This document shows positions 18,188 through 26,952 of a stretch of 32,000 nt of DNA, piece by piece. Below the pieces are notes generated by a model. The model was not told where the DNA came from, ran no database searches, and saw nothing but the letters and a program-made list of their open reading frames with translations. A program made the position numbers and the translations under genes. The stretch spans positions 870,001 to 902,000 of the forward strand of contig NC_005072.1 in assembly GCF_000011465.1 (NCBI RefSeq), read 5' to 3'. The DNA is from Prochlorococcus marinus subsp. pastoris str. CCMP1986 (lineage in GTDB: Bacteria > Cyanobacteriota > Cyanobacteriia > PCC-6307 > Cyanobiaceae). Position 1 is the stretch's first letter, and every line of letters begins with the position of its first letter.

Positions 18188-19105
18188 TTAATCTTTAATT
18201 AGAAATGAAGGTGCTAGTAATATACTTGAATAACTACCTATTAAAATTCCTAGGGTCAAAGATACAGAAAACCAAAATAGCGAATATGAACCAAAAATTA
18301 TTAGTGTTAGTAGAGGTATTAATGTTGTAATACTAGTAAAAAATGTTCTTCGAAAGGATTCATTAACAGAAATTTGGATTATTTTATTATAGTTATCTGA
18401 ATCTTTCTTTAAATTTTCTCTAATCCTATCGAAAATTACAACTGTATCATTTACTGAATAACCAGCAATTGTTAATAAAGAAACGGCAAACAAACTATTT
18501 ACCTCAATAGACAATAGGACACCTAACCAAGAAAAAATTCCAAAAACAATAAATAAATCATGGAATAAAGCTAATAAAGCAAACAACGCATATTTCTTGT
18601 CAAATCGAATAGATATGTATAAAGATATTGCAAATAAAGAAACTAATAAAGAGGTGGCACAATTTGTAAGAAGTTTTTTGCCAAGTTTTGGACCTATTAT
18701 TCTAGAGTTTTTACTGTCATAATCTAAAGGACCTAAAATTTTATCAACATTAGATATCAAATCATTTGATTCTTCAATAGTTAAATAAGGAGTCCTAATA
18801 GAAATTAAACTATTATTATTTTGAATTTGTAATTTAATATTATTTAGAAGATTTTTATTATTTGAAAAACTTCTCAGTTTTTCAATAACTAAATCAGGGG
18901 AAATATTTTCACATACTTCTTTACAACTCCTCTCAATTCTTAATTCATTACCACCAATAAAGTCCATTCCAAGATTAATAGGTTTTTTGAATGAAGTGTT
19001 AAAAGTTGAATATAAGATTCCTATTAAACTTAACAAAATAAGAAAAGATGAAAATCCAAATATTTTATTTTTATTTTTAATTAAATTAAAACTAAATGAT
19101 GTCAT
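18188..19105 (-). CDS. secF: Protein translocase subunit SecF
   Basis: GMDFIGGNELRIERSC, SLLTIAGYSVNDTVVIFDRIRENL, RRTFFTSITTLIPLLTL. Confidence 0.95.
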   Translation of the reverse strand: MTSFSFNLIKNKNKIFGFSSFLILLSLIGILYSTFNTSFKKPINLGMDFIGGNELRIERSCKEVCENISPDLVIEKLRSFSNNKNLLNNIKLQIQNNNSLISIRTPYLTIEESNDLISNVDKILGPLDYDSKNSRIIGPKLGKKLLTNCATSLLVSLFAISLYISIRFDKKYALFALLALFHDLFIVFGIFSWLGVLLSIEVNSLFAVSLLTIAGYSVNDTVVIFDRIRENLKKDSDNYNKIIQISVNESFRRTFFTSITTLIPLLTLIIFGSYSLFWFSVSLTLGILIGSYSSILLAPSFLIKD

Positions 19106-19130
19106 GAATTAGATAATTAATAAATTAAAT

Positions 19131-20591
19131 TTAAAGGGGATTAGATTTACTTAAATAAAGATTTTTTTGTCTTAAAGATTGATAAGTAGTTAAAAATCTT
19201 AAAATAGTTTTGGAACAATTTAATGAGGTAAATAAACTTATAACAACACCTAGACCAAGAGTTGCAGCAAAGCCCTTTACAAAATTAGTTCCTAATAAAA
19301 ACAACACAAAACAACTTACAAAGGTTGTAATATGTCCATCGATAATAGACGAATTAGCTCTTTGAAACCCACTATCAATTGATCTTATAAGAGTATTTCC
19401 ATTTATAAGTTCCTCTCTAATTCTCTCAAAAATTAAAACATTTGCATCCACAGCCATACCAATGCTTAAAATTAATCCAGCAATTCCAGGTAAAGTTAAT
19501 GTCACTGGTATTAAAGAATAAAGAGCCAAATTAAAAAAACCATAAAAAATCAAGGAAATAACAGAAACAAAACCTAGAATTCTATAGTTAAAGATCATAA
19601 ATATTCCAACAAATATCAATCCACAAATAGCAGCATAAAGACTCTTAACAATATTTTTTGAACCAAGTAAAGGACCAATAGTATTAGTTTCAACAATTTC
19701 AATAGGTAAAGGTAAGGAACCACCCTTAAGTTGAACTTCTAATTCTCTGGCGTTTTCAGCTGTAAAATTTCCACTTATCGTTGCTGATCCCCCCGTAATA
19801 CCAGTATTTATGAATTGACTTCCAACACTAGCTTCACTAATAGATTCTCCATCAAGAACAATAGACAAAAGTTTATCTGTGCCTGCAATGGATTTTGTAA
19901 TTTCAGCAAATTTTTCACCACCATCATTACTAAAGGATAATGATACCTCCCAATTATTATTAGTTTGCTCTTGCCTTCTGCCAGCATTTATTAAATCCTT
20001 GCCTGATAAGTCAGTTTTATTGAATAGATTAGCAATTTCATTACTTATAAATTTTTTAGTTTCGACCAATCTCTCAAATAATTGCTGATTATTAGAAGAA
20101 TAATTTATATCATTTTCAATTTCAGTAAGATTGTCTATAAGAAGTAAAGACTTCTCTTCCTTTCGTTTATCACCAATTTTGAATTGTTCAATTAAATCAT
20201 TAATTTTAAATCTCTGCAATTGCAGATTTTTTAATTGAGAATTTGTATTTTCTTTTTGAGTTCTAAATTCTAATAAAGCAGTTTTACCTAATATCCTTGA
20301 TGCAGACAAAGGGTTTTGTTCACCTGGTAACTCCAAAATTAATTGATCACGTCCTAATGTTTGTAAATTAGACTCTGCTACTCCTAAATTATTCACACGT
20401 TTATCTAAAACTGCATTGACAGCATCTAATTCATCTTTTGAAACTTTCCCCTCTTCTTTAATCAATTGAAGAGTTAGTTGAGAACCTCCTTTTAAATCAA
20501 GACCTAATTGTAGTGGGAAATTAATTAATAAATAAATAGAAAAAGTCAGTAGAAAAATAATAAAAAAAAGCCAACCTTGCCTTCTTTTCAT
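19131..20591 (-). CDS. secD: Protein translocase subunit SecD
   Basis: GLDLKGGSQLTLQL, DELDAVNAVLDKRVNNLGVAE, LPGIAGLILSIGMAVDANVLIFERIREEL, DGHITTFVSCFVLFLLGTNFVKGFA. Confidence 0.96.
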   Translation of the reverse strand: MKRRQGWLFFIIFLLTFSIYLLINFPLQLGLDLKGGSQLTLQLIKEEGKVSKDELDAVNAVLDKRVNNLGVAESNLQTLGRDQLILELPGEQNPLSASRILGKTALLEFRTQKENTNSQLKNLQLQRFKINDLIEQFKIGDKRKEEKSLLLIDNLTEIENDINYSSNNQQLFERLVETKKFISNEIANLFNKTDLSGKDLINAGRRQEQTNNNWEVSLSFSNDGGEKFAEITKSIAGTDKLLSIVLDGESISEASVGSQFINTGITGGSATISGNFTAENARELEVQLKGGSLPLPIEIVETNTIGPLLGSKNIVKSLYAAICGLIFVGIFMIFNYRILGFVSVISLIFYGFFNLALYSLIPVTLTLPGIAGLILSIGMAVDANVLIFERIREELINGNTLIRSIDSGFQRANSSIIDGHITTFVSCFVLFLLGTNFVKGFAATLGLGVVISLFTSLNCSKTILRFLTTYQSLRQKNLYLSKSNPL

Positions 20592-20594
20592 TTC

Positions 20595-21578
20595 TTAAAT
20601 ACTCCCATTGATTACTTCTTCGACTTTTTCAACTATTTGATGTGGTTGAATTATTGTTAAATTTTCTAAATTTCCATTATAAGGAGTAGGAATATCCTGA
20701 CTAGATAATCTTATAGGTCTAGTATCAAGATCATCAAAACACTCTTCGGTAATCAAAGCAATTAATTCTGCTCCAATACCTCCAGTCTTCATACACTCCT
20801 CAACAATAATTACATTATTAGTTTTTTTGATTGATTTTGAAATTGTTTTCATATCAAAAGGTTTTAAACTTATCAGATCAATTAATTCCACGTCAATATT
20901 TTTCTTATCTAATTCCTCAACAGCCTTTAAGCAATGATGTCTCATTCTTGAATAAGTTAATATAGTAATATCTTTACCCTCTTTGACTAAATCAGCTTGA
21001 TCTAAAGAACATATATAATCTCCTTCAGGCAATTCCTCAGATAAATTATATAAAAGGACATGTTCAAAAAATAGAACTGGGTTATTGTCCCTTATAGCAG
21101 CTTTCATTAATCCCTTTGCATTAGTAGGAGTGCTACAAGCAACAATCTTAATCCCAGGAACTGCGTGAAAGTATGCCTCTAATCTTTGACTATGTTCAGC
21201 GCCTAATTGTCTACCTACACCACCAGGACCACGAACAACTGCGGGTATTTTATAGTTACCGCCACTGGTATATCTGAGCATACCCATGTTGTTGGAAATT
21301 TGATTAAAGGCTAATAGTAAAAATCCCATATTCATACCTTCAACTATCGGTCTTAATCCTGTCATGGCTGCACCAACTGCCATACCAGTAAAACTATTTT
21401 CGGCAATTGGAGTATCTAAAACTCTTAATTCTCCATATTTTTCGTATAGATCCTTAGTGACCTTATAAGAACCACCATATTGACCTACATCTTCTCCCAT
21501 AATGCAAACGTTTACATCATTTGCCATCTCTTCATCAATTGCTTCTTTCAAAGCAGTAAATAATAAAGTACTAGCCAC
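20595..21578 (-). CDS. pdhB: Pyruvate dehydrogenase E1 component beta subunit
   Basis: [58 protein letters not shown]; [16 protein letters not shown]. Confidence 0.96.
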   Translation of the reverse strand: MASTLLFTALKEAIDEEMANDVNVCIMGEDVGQYGGSYKVTKDLYEKYGELRVLDTPIAENSFTGMAVGAAMTGLRPIVEGMNMGFLLLAFNQISNNMGMLRYTSGGNYKIPAVVRGPGGVGRQLGAEHSQRLEAYFHAVPGIKIVACSTPTNAKGLMKAAIRDNNPVLFFEHVLLYNLSEELPEGDYICSLDQADLVKEGKDITILTYSRMRHHCLKAVEELDKKNIDVELIDLISLKPFDMKTISKSIKKTNNVIIVEECMKTGGIGAELIALITEECFDDLDTRPIRLSSQDIPTPYNGNLENLTIIQPHQIVEKVEEVINGSI

Positions 21579-21629
21579 GAGTAATTTCCTAATTAATCAT
21601 ATATATAAATTTATACCATCAAGGTTGAA

Positions 21630-21725
21630 TTAGCCTCCTTCGGCAAAAGTTATGAGTAGTAATATTGACAAAATCATTCCTGGAGAGAGCAAAAGTATTA
21701 AAAGGCCTAAGTCATGTAAAGACAT
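21630..21725 (-). CDS. Putative 31-aa single-TM microprotein (not in the supplied ORF track)
   Basis: Hand translation of the minus strand: ATG at 21725-21723, MSLHDLGLLILLLSPGMILSILLLITFAEGG, TAA ending at 21630; fills the gap between the flanking same-strand genes. Confidence 0.5.
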   Translation of the reverse strand: MSLHDLGLLILLLSPGMILSILLLITFAEGG

Positions 21726-21761
21726 TAAAAAATAACAATATTATTTAATAATATTAGGATT

Positions 21762-22079
21762 TCAATTTTTTTTAATCAAAAAACTTCGAATAAATACAAT
21801 AAAAAGACCTAATCCTATAAACGCAAAAGAAAAAGTTAATAAGAAGGACAATCCAATAATTAATGTATTAATACTAGAAGATATACTTTGAACAATTTCA
21901 GATGAGTTTGATGGTTTATGGAGTGAAAAGTAAATTGCAATTTTATTACTTATAAAATAAGAAGATATACAAAGGAGGAAACTTGTTAATGAGCCAGTTA
22001 AAAAACTTAGGGGACCTTTTTCAGGAGTATTTTGATTTTCAATATTGACTTTATTAATTGATGTTTGTTCATTATTCAT
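21762..22079 (-). CDS. DUF3082-like small membrane protein
   Basis: PLSFLTGSLTSFLLCISSYFISNKIAIYFSLHKP...FLLTFSFAFIGLGLFIVFIRSFL, resembles the cyanobacterial DUF3082 family. Confidence 0.7.
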   Translation of the reverse strand: MNNEQTSINKVNIENQNTPEKGPLSFLTGSLTSFLLCISSYFISNKIAIYFSLHKPSNSSEIVQSISSSINTLIIGLSFLLTFSFAFIGLGLFIVFIRSFLIKKN

Positions 22080-22100
22080 TATTAATAGAAAAAATTTTTT

Positions 22101-23039
22101 TTACAATAAGGTAATACCGCTATTAATTAATTTACAGACCCACGCTTCAAATCCATTATTATTAAACATTTTATAATTTTGTTCAAAAACTTCATTAGCT
22201 ATATTTATATCTTTAAAAAGAGCAAAACATGTTGGACCAGATCCACTCATTGAGTATGATAAACAATTTTGCAAATTTGAAAGTAGATATAATGCTTTCT
22301 TTACAGAGTTATTTTCTCTCTCAACAATAACTTGTAAATCATTTTTTACATTTATCCTTTGTTCTGATAATTTGAAATCATTGAATCCGTTTACTCTTAA
22401 ATCATTTCTAATTTTGTTTGTTTTCTCAGTTTCAGTAAAATATTTTGGACAAAATTCTTGACTATATTTTTTATAAGTATCTACAGTTGAAATTGAAATA
22501 TTTGGGTTTTTTAAAAGAATTACGCCAAAGTCAAAATTAGAACTGTATTTCTCAAGAATTTCTCCCCTTCCAAAACAAAATTGGCATCCTCCTTCTATAA
22601 AAAAAGGTACATCTGAACCAAGTTTTGCCGAAAGTATAAAAATAGTTTCGTAATCAAGGTCCAAATCCCATAATTTATTAAGTCCAACTAACGTTGCAGC
22701 TGCATTACTAGAACCACCAGCTAAACCAGCACCAATAGGAATATTCTTTTTTAAAAATATATTAGCCCCTAATTCTTTATTTTTTGACATGTCCTTTATA
22801 TAATTCGCCGCTTTTATTATTAAATTATCTTCATCTAGAGATAGATCTTTGCTATTAGACTTTAACTTAATTTCGCCAATTTGATTATTCTCAAATTCTA
22901 TATAATCAGATAGATCAATGTTCTGCATTATCATCGCTAATTCATGATATCCGTCCTTTCTTTTTCCGATGATTTCAAGATGGAGGTTTATCTTTGCAGG
23001 TGATTTAACACAAATCTTAGTTGTAGATAATTTTGACAT
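22101..23039 (-). CDS. ispE: 4-diphosphocytidyl-2-C-methyl-D-erythritol kinase
   Basis: SPAKINLHLEIIGKRKDGYHEL, KNIPIGAGLAGGSSNAAATL, GSDVPFFIEGG, SMSGSGPTCFAL. Confidence 0.96.
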   Translation of the reverse strand: MSKLSTTKICVKSPAKINLHLEIIGKRKDGYHELAMIMQNIDLSDYIEFENNQIGEIKLKSNSKDLSLDEDNLIIKAANYIKDMSKNKELGANIFLKKNIPIGAGLAGGSSNAAATLVGLNKLWDLDLDYETIFILSAKLGSDVPFFIEGGCQFCFGRGEILEKYSSNFDFGVILLKNPNISISTVDTYKKYSQEFCPKYFTETEKTNKIRNDLRVNGFNDFKLSEQRINVKNDLQVIVERENNSVKKALYLLSNLQNCLSYSMSGSGPTCFALFKDINIANEVFEQNYKMFNNNGFEAWVCKLINSGITLL

Positions 23040-23040
23040 T

Positions 23041-23874
23041 TTACTGGTTCTTATTTGTTATTTTAATACAAGCCTCTGCAAGCTTAATCCATTTATTAAT
23101 TGAAATATCCTGAGGTCTTGAATTAAAGCATATTTGAGATGATTCTGATAATTTCTCTATCTCTTCAGCAGAAAGTATTGAATTAAGAGTGTTTCTTATC
23201 ATTTTTCTTCTAGAATTAAATGAAATCCTAAGAAGTTTATCTAAATATTTCTCTAGTTTAATATCTAAACGCATCTCTGGTCTCAATGGTTCAAAAACAA
23301 CCAAAGTAGAAAACACTTTTGGAGGTGGGTCAAAAGAAGATGGAGGTACATCACATATTCTTCTTATGTTAGAGATGAGTTGCATTCGCACACTCATAGC
23401 TCCTGCATTCGTATTTCCATCCTTAGCTAAGATCCTATCTACAACATCCTTTTGCATTAAGAAAATTATTTTATTGTAGTTATTCTTGCTAATTATTCCT
23501 AATCTTCCTACAAAAATATCCAATATTGGGCCTGTAATATTGTATGGGATATTTGCGATCACTTTTGTGATTTTTTTATTTATTGAGTCAAGATTTGTTG
23601 AAAGAATATCTCCTTGTTGAAGAGAAAAATTTTTATCATTTCTAAATTTATTATTTAAAAGGTCAATTAAATCTTCATCTAACTCGATAGCATGTAATCT
23701 ACTAATTTTTGAATCTAATAATTTCGATGTTAAAGCTCCTCTTCCGGGACCAATTTCTAGAATAAAATCTTTTTCTTCCAGTTCAGCTACTTCTTTGATT
23801 TTCTCTAATATCAGATTATTAACCAACCAATGTTGTCCAAATCTTTTTTTTTGATGATGGTTCTTAAAATTCAT
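23041..23874 (-). CDS. rsmA: 16S rRNA (adenine1518/1519-N6)-dimethyltransferase KsgA/RsmA
   Basis: [55 protein letters not shown]; start set at the [16 protein letters not shown] methionine rather than the 43-aa longer ORF. Confidence 0.94.
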
Positions 23875-23890
23875 CCAAAATAGAAATAAT

Positions 23891-24244
23891 ATGTTTAAAT
23901 TAAATGTACATCTTATATCTTTACTAAATAGTATGGGCTTATCAAAAAAAAATTTAGGTAAACTCAATACTTTTATTAAAAATAATAATTTAGTTAGCAA
24001 CAATAACTCAATTGAAAAACCTCAAGAATCCAACAATGCTTCCAAAGTTGAAGACCCTTCCAAAATTTTTTATTCTATAATTGATAACTCCGATAATATA
24101 AATGAGACATCAGCTGCAAATCAATTATTAAAACAAAGTGAGGACGTTTTTCATAATATAAATTCTAGAAAAACTAATACATCAGAGAATCTATCGACAG
24201 AGGAAGAACTATATGACGAATTTAATTATCTTCTTGATGAATAA
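23891..24244 (+). CDS. Hypothetical protein, Asn/Ser-rich with acidic C-terminus
   Basis: 117 aa ORF; more probable start [11 protein letters not shown] at 23933; sits tightly between divergent rsmA and rlmH. Confidence 0.55.
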
Positions 24245-24264
24245 AGAAATTTTTCTTTTTTTCT

Positions 24265-24678
24265 ATGCTTCAAACTAACAGATTATCAATAAATGCTATT
24301 GGTAAAATAAAAAAAAATTGGATAAGAGAAGGAATTAATCAATACAAAAAAAGAATGCCTGATCTTATTATTAATGAATCTAAGAGTTTTAATATTGATA
24401 ATATTCGAGTTAATAATATTATTATTTGCCTTACTGAAGAAGGTCAATCCTTTAATTCAATAGAACTAACTTCCTTACTTTTAAATTTTAAAAATAAAAA
24501 AATTAATTTTCTTATTGGGGACGCAGATGGAATCCCTTCAGATATTAAAGATAAATCAAATCTTCTACTAAGCCTCTCTCCTCTTACTTTTCCTCATGAA
24601 CTTGCAAGATTAATTCTTATTGAACAAATTTACAGAGCTATTTCTATTTCTAATAATTCGCCTTATCATCGCGCCTAA
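24265..24678 (+). CDS. rlmH: 23S rRNA (pseudouridine1915-N3)-methyltransferase
   Basis: [12 protein letters not shown]...[35 protein letters not shown], the SPOUT RlmH signature. Confidence 0.93.
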   Translation: MLQTNRLSINAIGKIKKNWIREGINQYKKRMPDLIINESKSFNIDNIRVNNIIICLTEEGQSFNSIELTSLLLNFKNKKINFLIGDADGIPSDIKDKSNLLLSLSPLTFPHELARLILIEQIYRAISISNNSPYHRA

Positions 24679-24743
24679 ACAGAAGATTTAAGATTAATAC
24701 ATAAACCTCTTAAGACAACCACAATTTTAAGTTTTTAATATAT

Positions 24744-24757
24744 AGTATATATGTACT
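24744..24757. promoter_or_regulatory. Candidate LexA (SOS) operator upstream of umuDC
   Basis: AGTATATATGTACT, one mismatch from the cyanobacterial RGTACN3DGTWCB pattern, embedded in the inverted repeat ATAGTA-TATATG-TACTAT (24742-24759), 41 nt before the umuD GTG. Confidence 0.6.
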
Positions 24758-24798
24758 ATTAAAGAATTTCGTATTCTTCTGATTTAACTTTTAAAAAG

Positions 24799-25185
24799 GT
24801 GAAGATTCCATTATTAAGTGATTCGGTCTCAGCAGGTTTTCCCTCTCCTGCAGATGACTATGCTGAAGAAAATATTGATTTGAACGAGCATTTAATATCT
24901 AATCCTTTTAGTACTTTTTTTCTTAGAGTCAAAGGCGACTCAATGATCAATTCAGGAATTAAAGATAAAGATTTAATAATAGTAGATAAGAGTCTAACTG
25001 CTAAACCAGGAAATATTATTATTGCGATGATAGATGGAGAATTTACTATAAAAAGATTATCCATAAAAAATAATGAATTATATTTAAAAGCAGAAAATCA
25101 TAAATATCCAGACTTCAGTTTTAGAAATCATATTGATATACAAATTTGGGGAGTTGTAATCTATTCAATACATAGTTACTTATGA
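24799..25185 (+). CDS. umuD: UmuD-like/LexA-type S24 serine autoprotease
   Basis: GTG start; GFPSPADDYAEENIDLNEHLI cleavage-region pattern, FLRVKGDSMI (Ser) and DGEFTIKRL (Lys). Confidence 0.93.
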   Translation: MKIPLLSDSVSAGFPSPADDYAEENIDLNEHLISNPFSTFFLRVKGDSMINSGIKDKDLIIVDKSLTAKPGNIIIAMIDGEFTIKRLSIKNNELYLKAENHKYPDFSFRNHIDIQIWGVVIYSIHSYL

Positions 25186-26474
25186 AAAGTAAAAGCTCAA
25201 ATACTGAAGCAATAGCTCTTATAGATGCCAATAATTTCTACGCATCGTGCGAACAAAGTATCAACCCCAATTTAAGGAATAAACCAGTAGTAATATTATC
25301 TAATAACGACGGATGCATTATCGCAAGAAGCCCTGAAGCTCGTGCTTTGAAAATAAAAATGGGAATTCCTTATTTTAAAGTCAAAGAAAGTTTGAATAAC
25401 TTAGGAGTTGCAGTCCTAAGTTCCAATTATTCGCTCTATGGTGATATGAGCAAGAGATTAATGAATTTATTAAAGGACTATTCTGAAGAGATAGAGATTT
25501 ATTCTATTGATGAAGCCTTTATCTCAATTCTTAGACCTAAAGATAAGAATTTAAATCCTTGGGCAAGAAAAGTAAGGTGCTTAATATATCAAAATCTAGG
25601 AATAACATTAACAATAGGAATAGCAGAAAACAAAGTAAGAGCAAAAATTGCTAATAATCTAGCTAAGAATATAGATTCTTCCGCAGGAATATTTGATTTA
25701 GCTAGGATCTATAATGATAATGATTACTTAAGAAAAATTAGTGTAGAAAAAATATGGGGTATTGGTAAACAAACATCTAATTGGTTACAAAGCAAAGGGA
25801 TTAAAAATGCAAAAGAATTCAGAGATATGGATGAAGATGAAATAATTAAGAAATTAGGGATCATAGGGAAAAGATTACAAATGGAATTAAAAGGTAATAA
25901 ATGTCTTCCGATAGAAATAATTAAGAAGCCAAAAAAAGAGATTCAAGTAAGTAGAAGCTTTGGAAAACCAATCACAAAATTAGAAGATTTAACTCAAGCA
26001 TTAGCAATTTATGCAATAAAAGCGTCCGAGAAAATGAGAAGTCAAAGCTTAAAATCATCTGCCATTACTATATTTGTAAGAACTAGTCATTATTCAAATC
26101 ATCCTTATCACAAAAGTGCTTATAAAAAACTTATAAATGCAACAGATAATACAAGTACTATTTTAAAAACAGTACTTGCATTATCTAAAGAAATTTATAC
26201 TCCGGAATATAAATTATCAAAAGCTGGGGTTTTGATGCAGGATTTAACTAATTGCAAATATTTACAGCAATCAATTATCAATTACGAATCTCAAGAGGAA
26301 TCAAAAAAATCAATCCGTCTTATGAAAACAATTGACTCCTTGAATAAAAAATTTAATAATGAAGTAATTACATGGGCAATTACAAAAAAACCACAAGAAT
26401 GGGCAATGAATAGAAATTCATTAAGTTCTGGATCTACAACAGATATTAGAAAAATTCCAAATATAATGATATAA
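25182..26474 (+). CDS. umuC: UmuC-like DNA polymerase V catalytic subunit (Y family)
   Basis: ALIDANNFYASCEQSINPNLRNKPVVILSNNDGCIIARSPEAR, EIYSIDEAF, KVRAKIANNLAK; overlaps umuD stop by 4 bp. Confidence 0.96.
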   Translation: MKSKSSNTEAIALIDANNFYASCEQSINPNLRNKPVVILSNNDGCIIARSPEARALKIKMGIPYFKVKESLNNLGVAVLSSNYSLYGDMSKRLMNLLKDYSEEIEIYSIDEAFISILRPKDKNLNPWARKVRCLIYQNLGITLTIGIAENKVRAKIANNLAKNIDSSAGIFDLARIYNDNDYLRKISVEKIWGIGKQTSNWLQSKGIKNAKEFRDMDEDEIIKKLGIIGKRLQMELKGNKCLPIEIIKKPKKEIQVSRSFGKPITKLEDLTQALAIYAIKASEKMRSQSLKSSAITIFVRTSHYSNHPYHKSAYKKLINATDNTSTILKTVLALSKEIYTPEYKLSKAGVLMQDLTNCKYLQQSIINYESQEESKKSIRLMKTIDSLNKKFNNEVITWAITKKPQEWAMNRNSLSSGSTTDIRKIPNIMI

Positions 26475-26483
26475 GAATGGAAT

Positions 26484-26939
26484 ATGGAATTTATATTATT
26501 TTTAAGCAAAATCGATAAAGAGATAATAGAGCTGATCAATAAGTCAAATAATTCAATAGAAGAAAATACAGCTCTTTGTACTATTGATAAAAAATTTGTT
26601 GGTTTTTACAAAAGAAGAGAAAAAGTGATAGTTATTTGCACCGAAAATGCTAAAAAATTAGGAGGATATAAAGAAGGCGAACGTCATGATAATCACAAAA
26701 CAAATCTTTATATAAGAAGAGCTTTAAGGCATGAGACGACACATCTAGTCCAGTCATGCAATAACAATAAACCTACAGGGATAATAAAAAATATAGAAGA
26801 TAAAATTCATTCAGGAAAATTAAAAGCTTTAAATTCCTCAGTACAATTATCTGGAAATTATTCTAAAGAGTTAGAGGCTTATGTTATGGAAGACAAGCCA
26901 AGAAAAGTAAAAGAGATAATGAAAAGTTATTGTTTATAA
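26484..26939 (+). CDS. Hypothetical protein with HExxH zincin-like motif
   Basis: 151 aa, NLYIRRALRHETTHLVQSCNNNKP...YSKELEAYVMED; begins 10 bp after umuC on the same strand. Confidence 0.75.
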   Translation: MEFILFLSKIDKEIIELINKSNNSIEENTALCTIDKKFVGFYKRREKVIVICTENAKKLGGYKEGERHDNHKTNLYIRRALRHETTHLVQSCNNNKPTGIIKNIEDKIHSGKLKALNSSVQLSGNYSKELEAYVMEDKPRKVKEIMKSYCL

Positions 26940-26952
26940 ATTCTTAAAAAAT

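Noticed and set aside
19879-20088. Plus-strand 69-aa ORF in secD
   Set aside because: Antisense to SecD P1 region, no motif.
23189-23479. Plus-strand 96-aa ORF in rsmA
   Set aside because: Antisense to conserved methyltransferase sequence.
23875-24003. 43-aa N-terminal extension of RsmA in the ORF track
   Set aside because: The extension precedes the usual KsgA start and would overlap the divergent hypothetical gene; conserved homology begins at [16 protein letters not shown].
24858-26539. Minus-strand ORFs 24858..25064 and 26291..26539 under umuD, umuC and the HExxH gene
   Set aside because: Antisense shadows over strongly supported genes.
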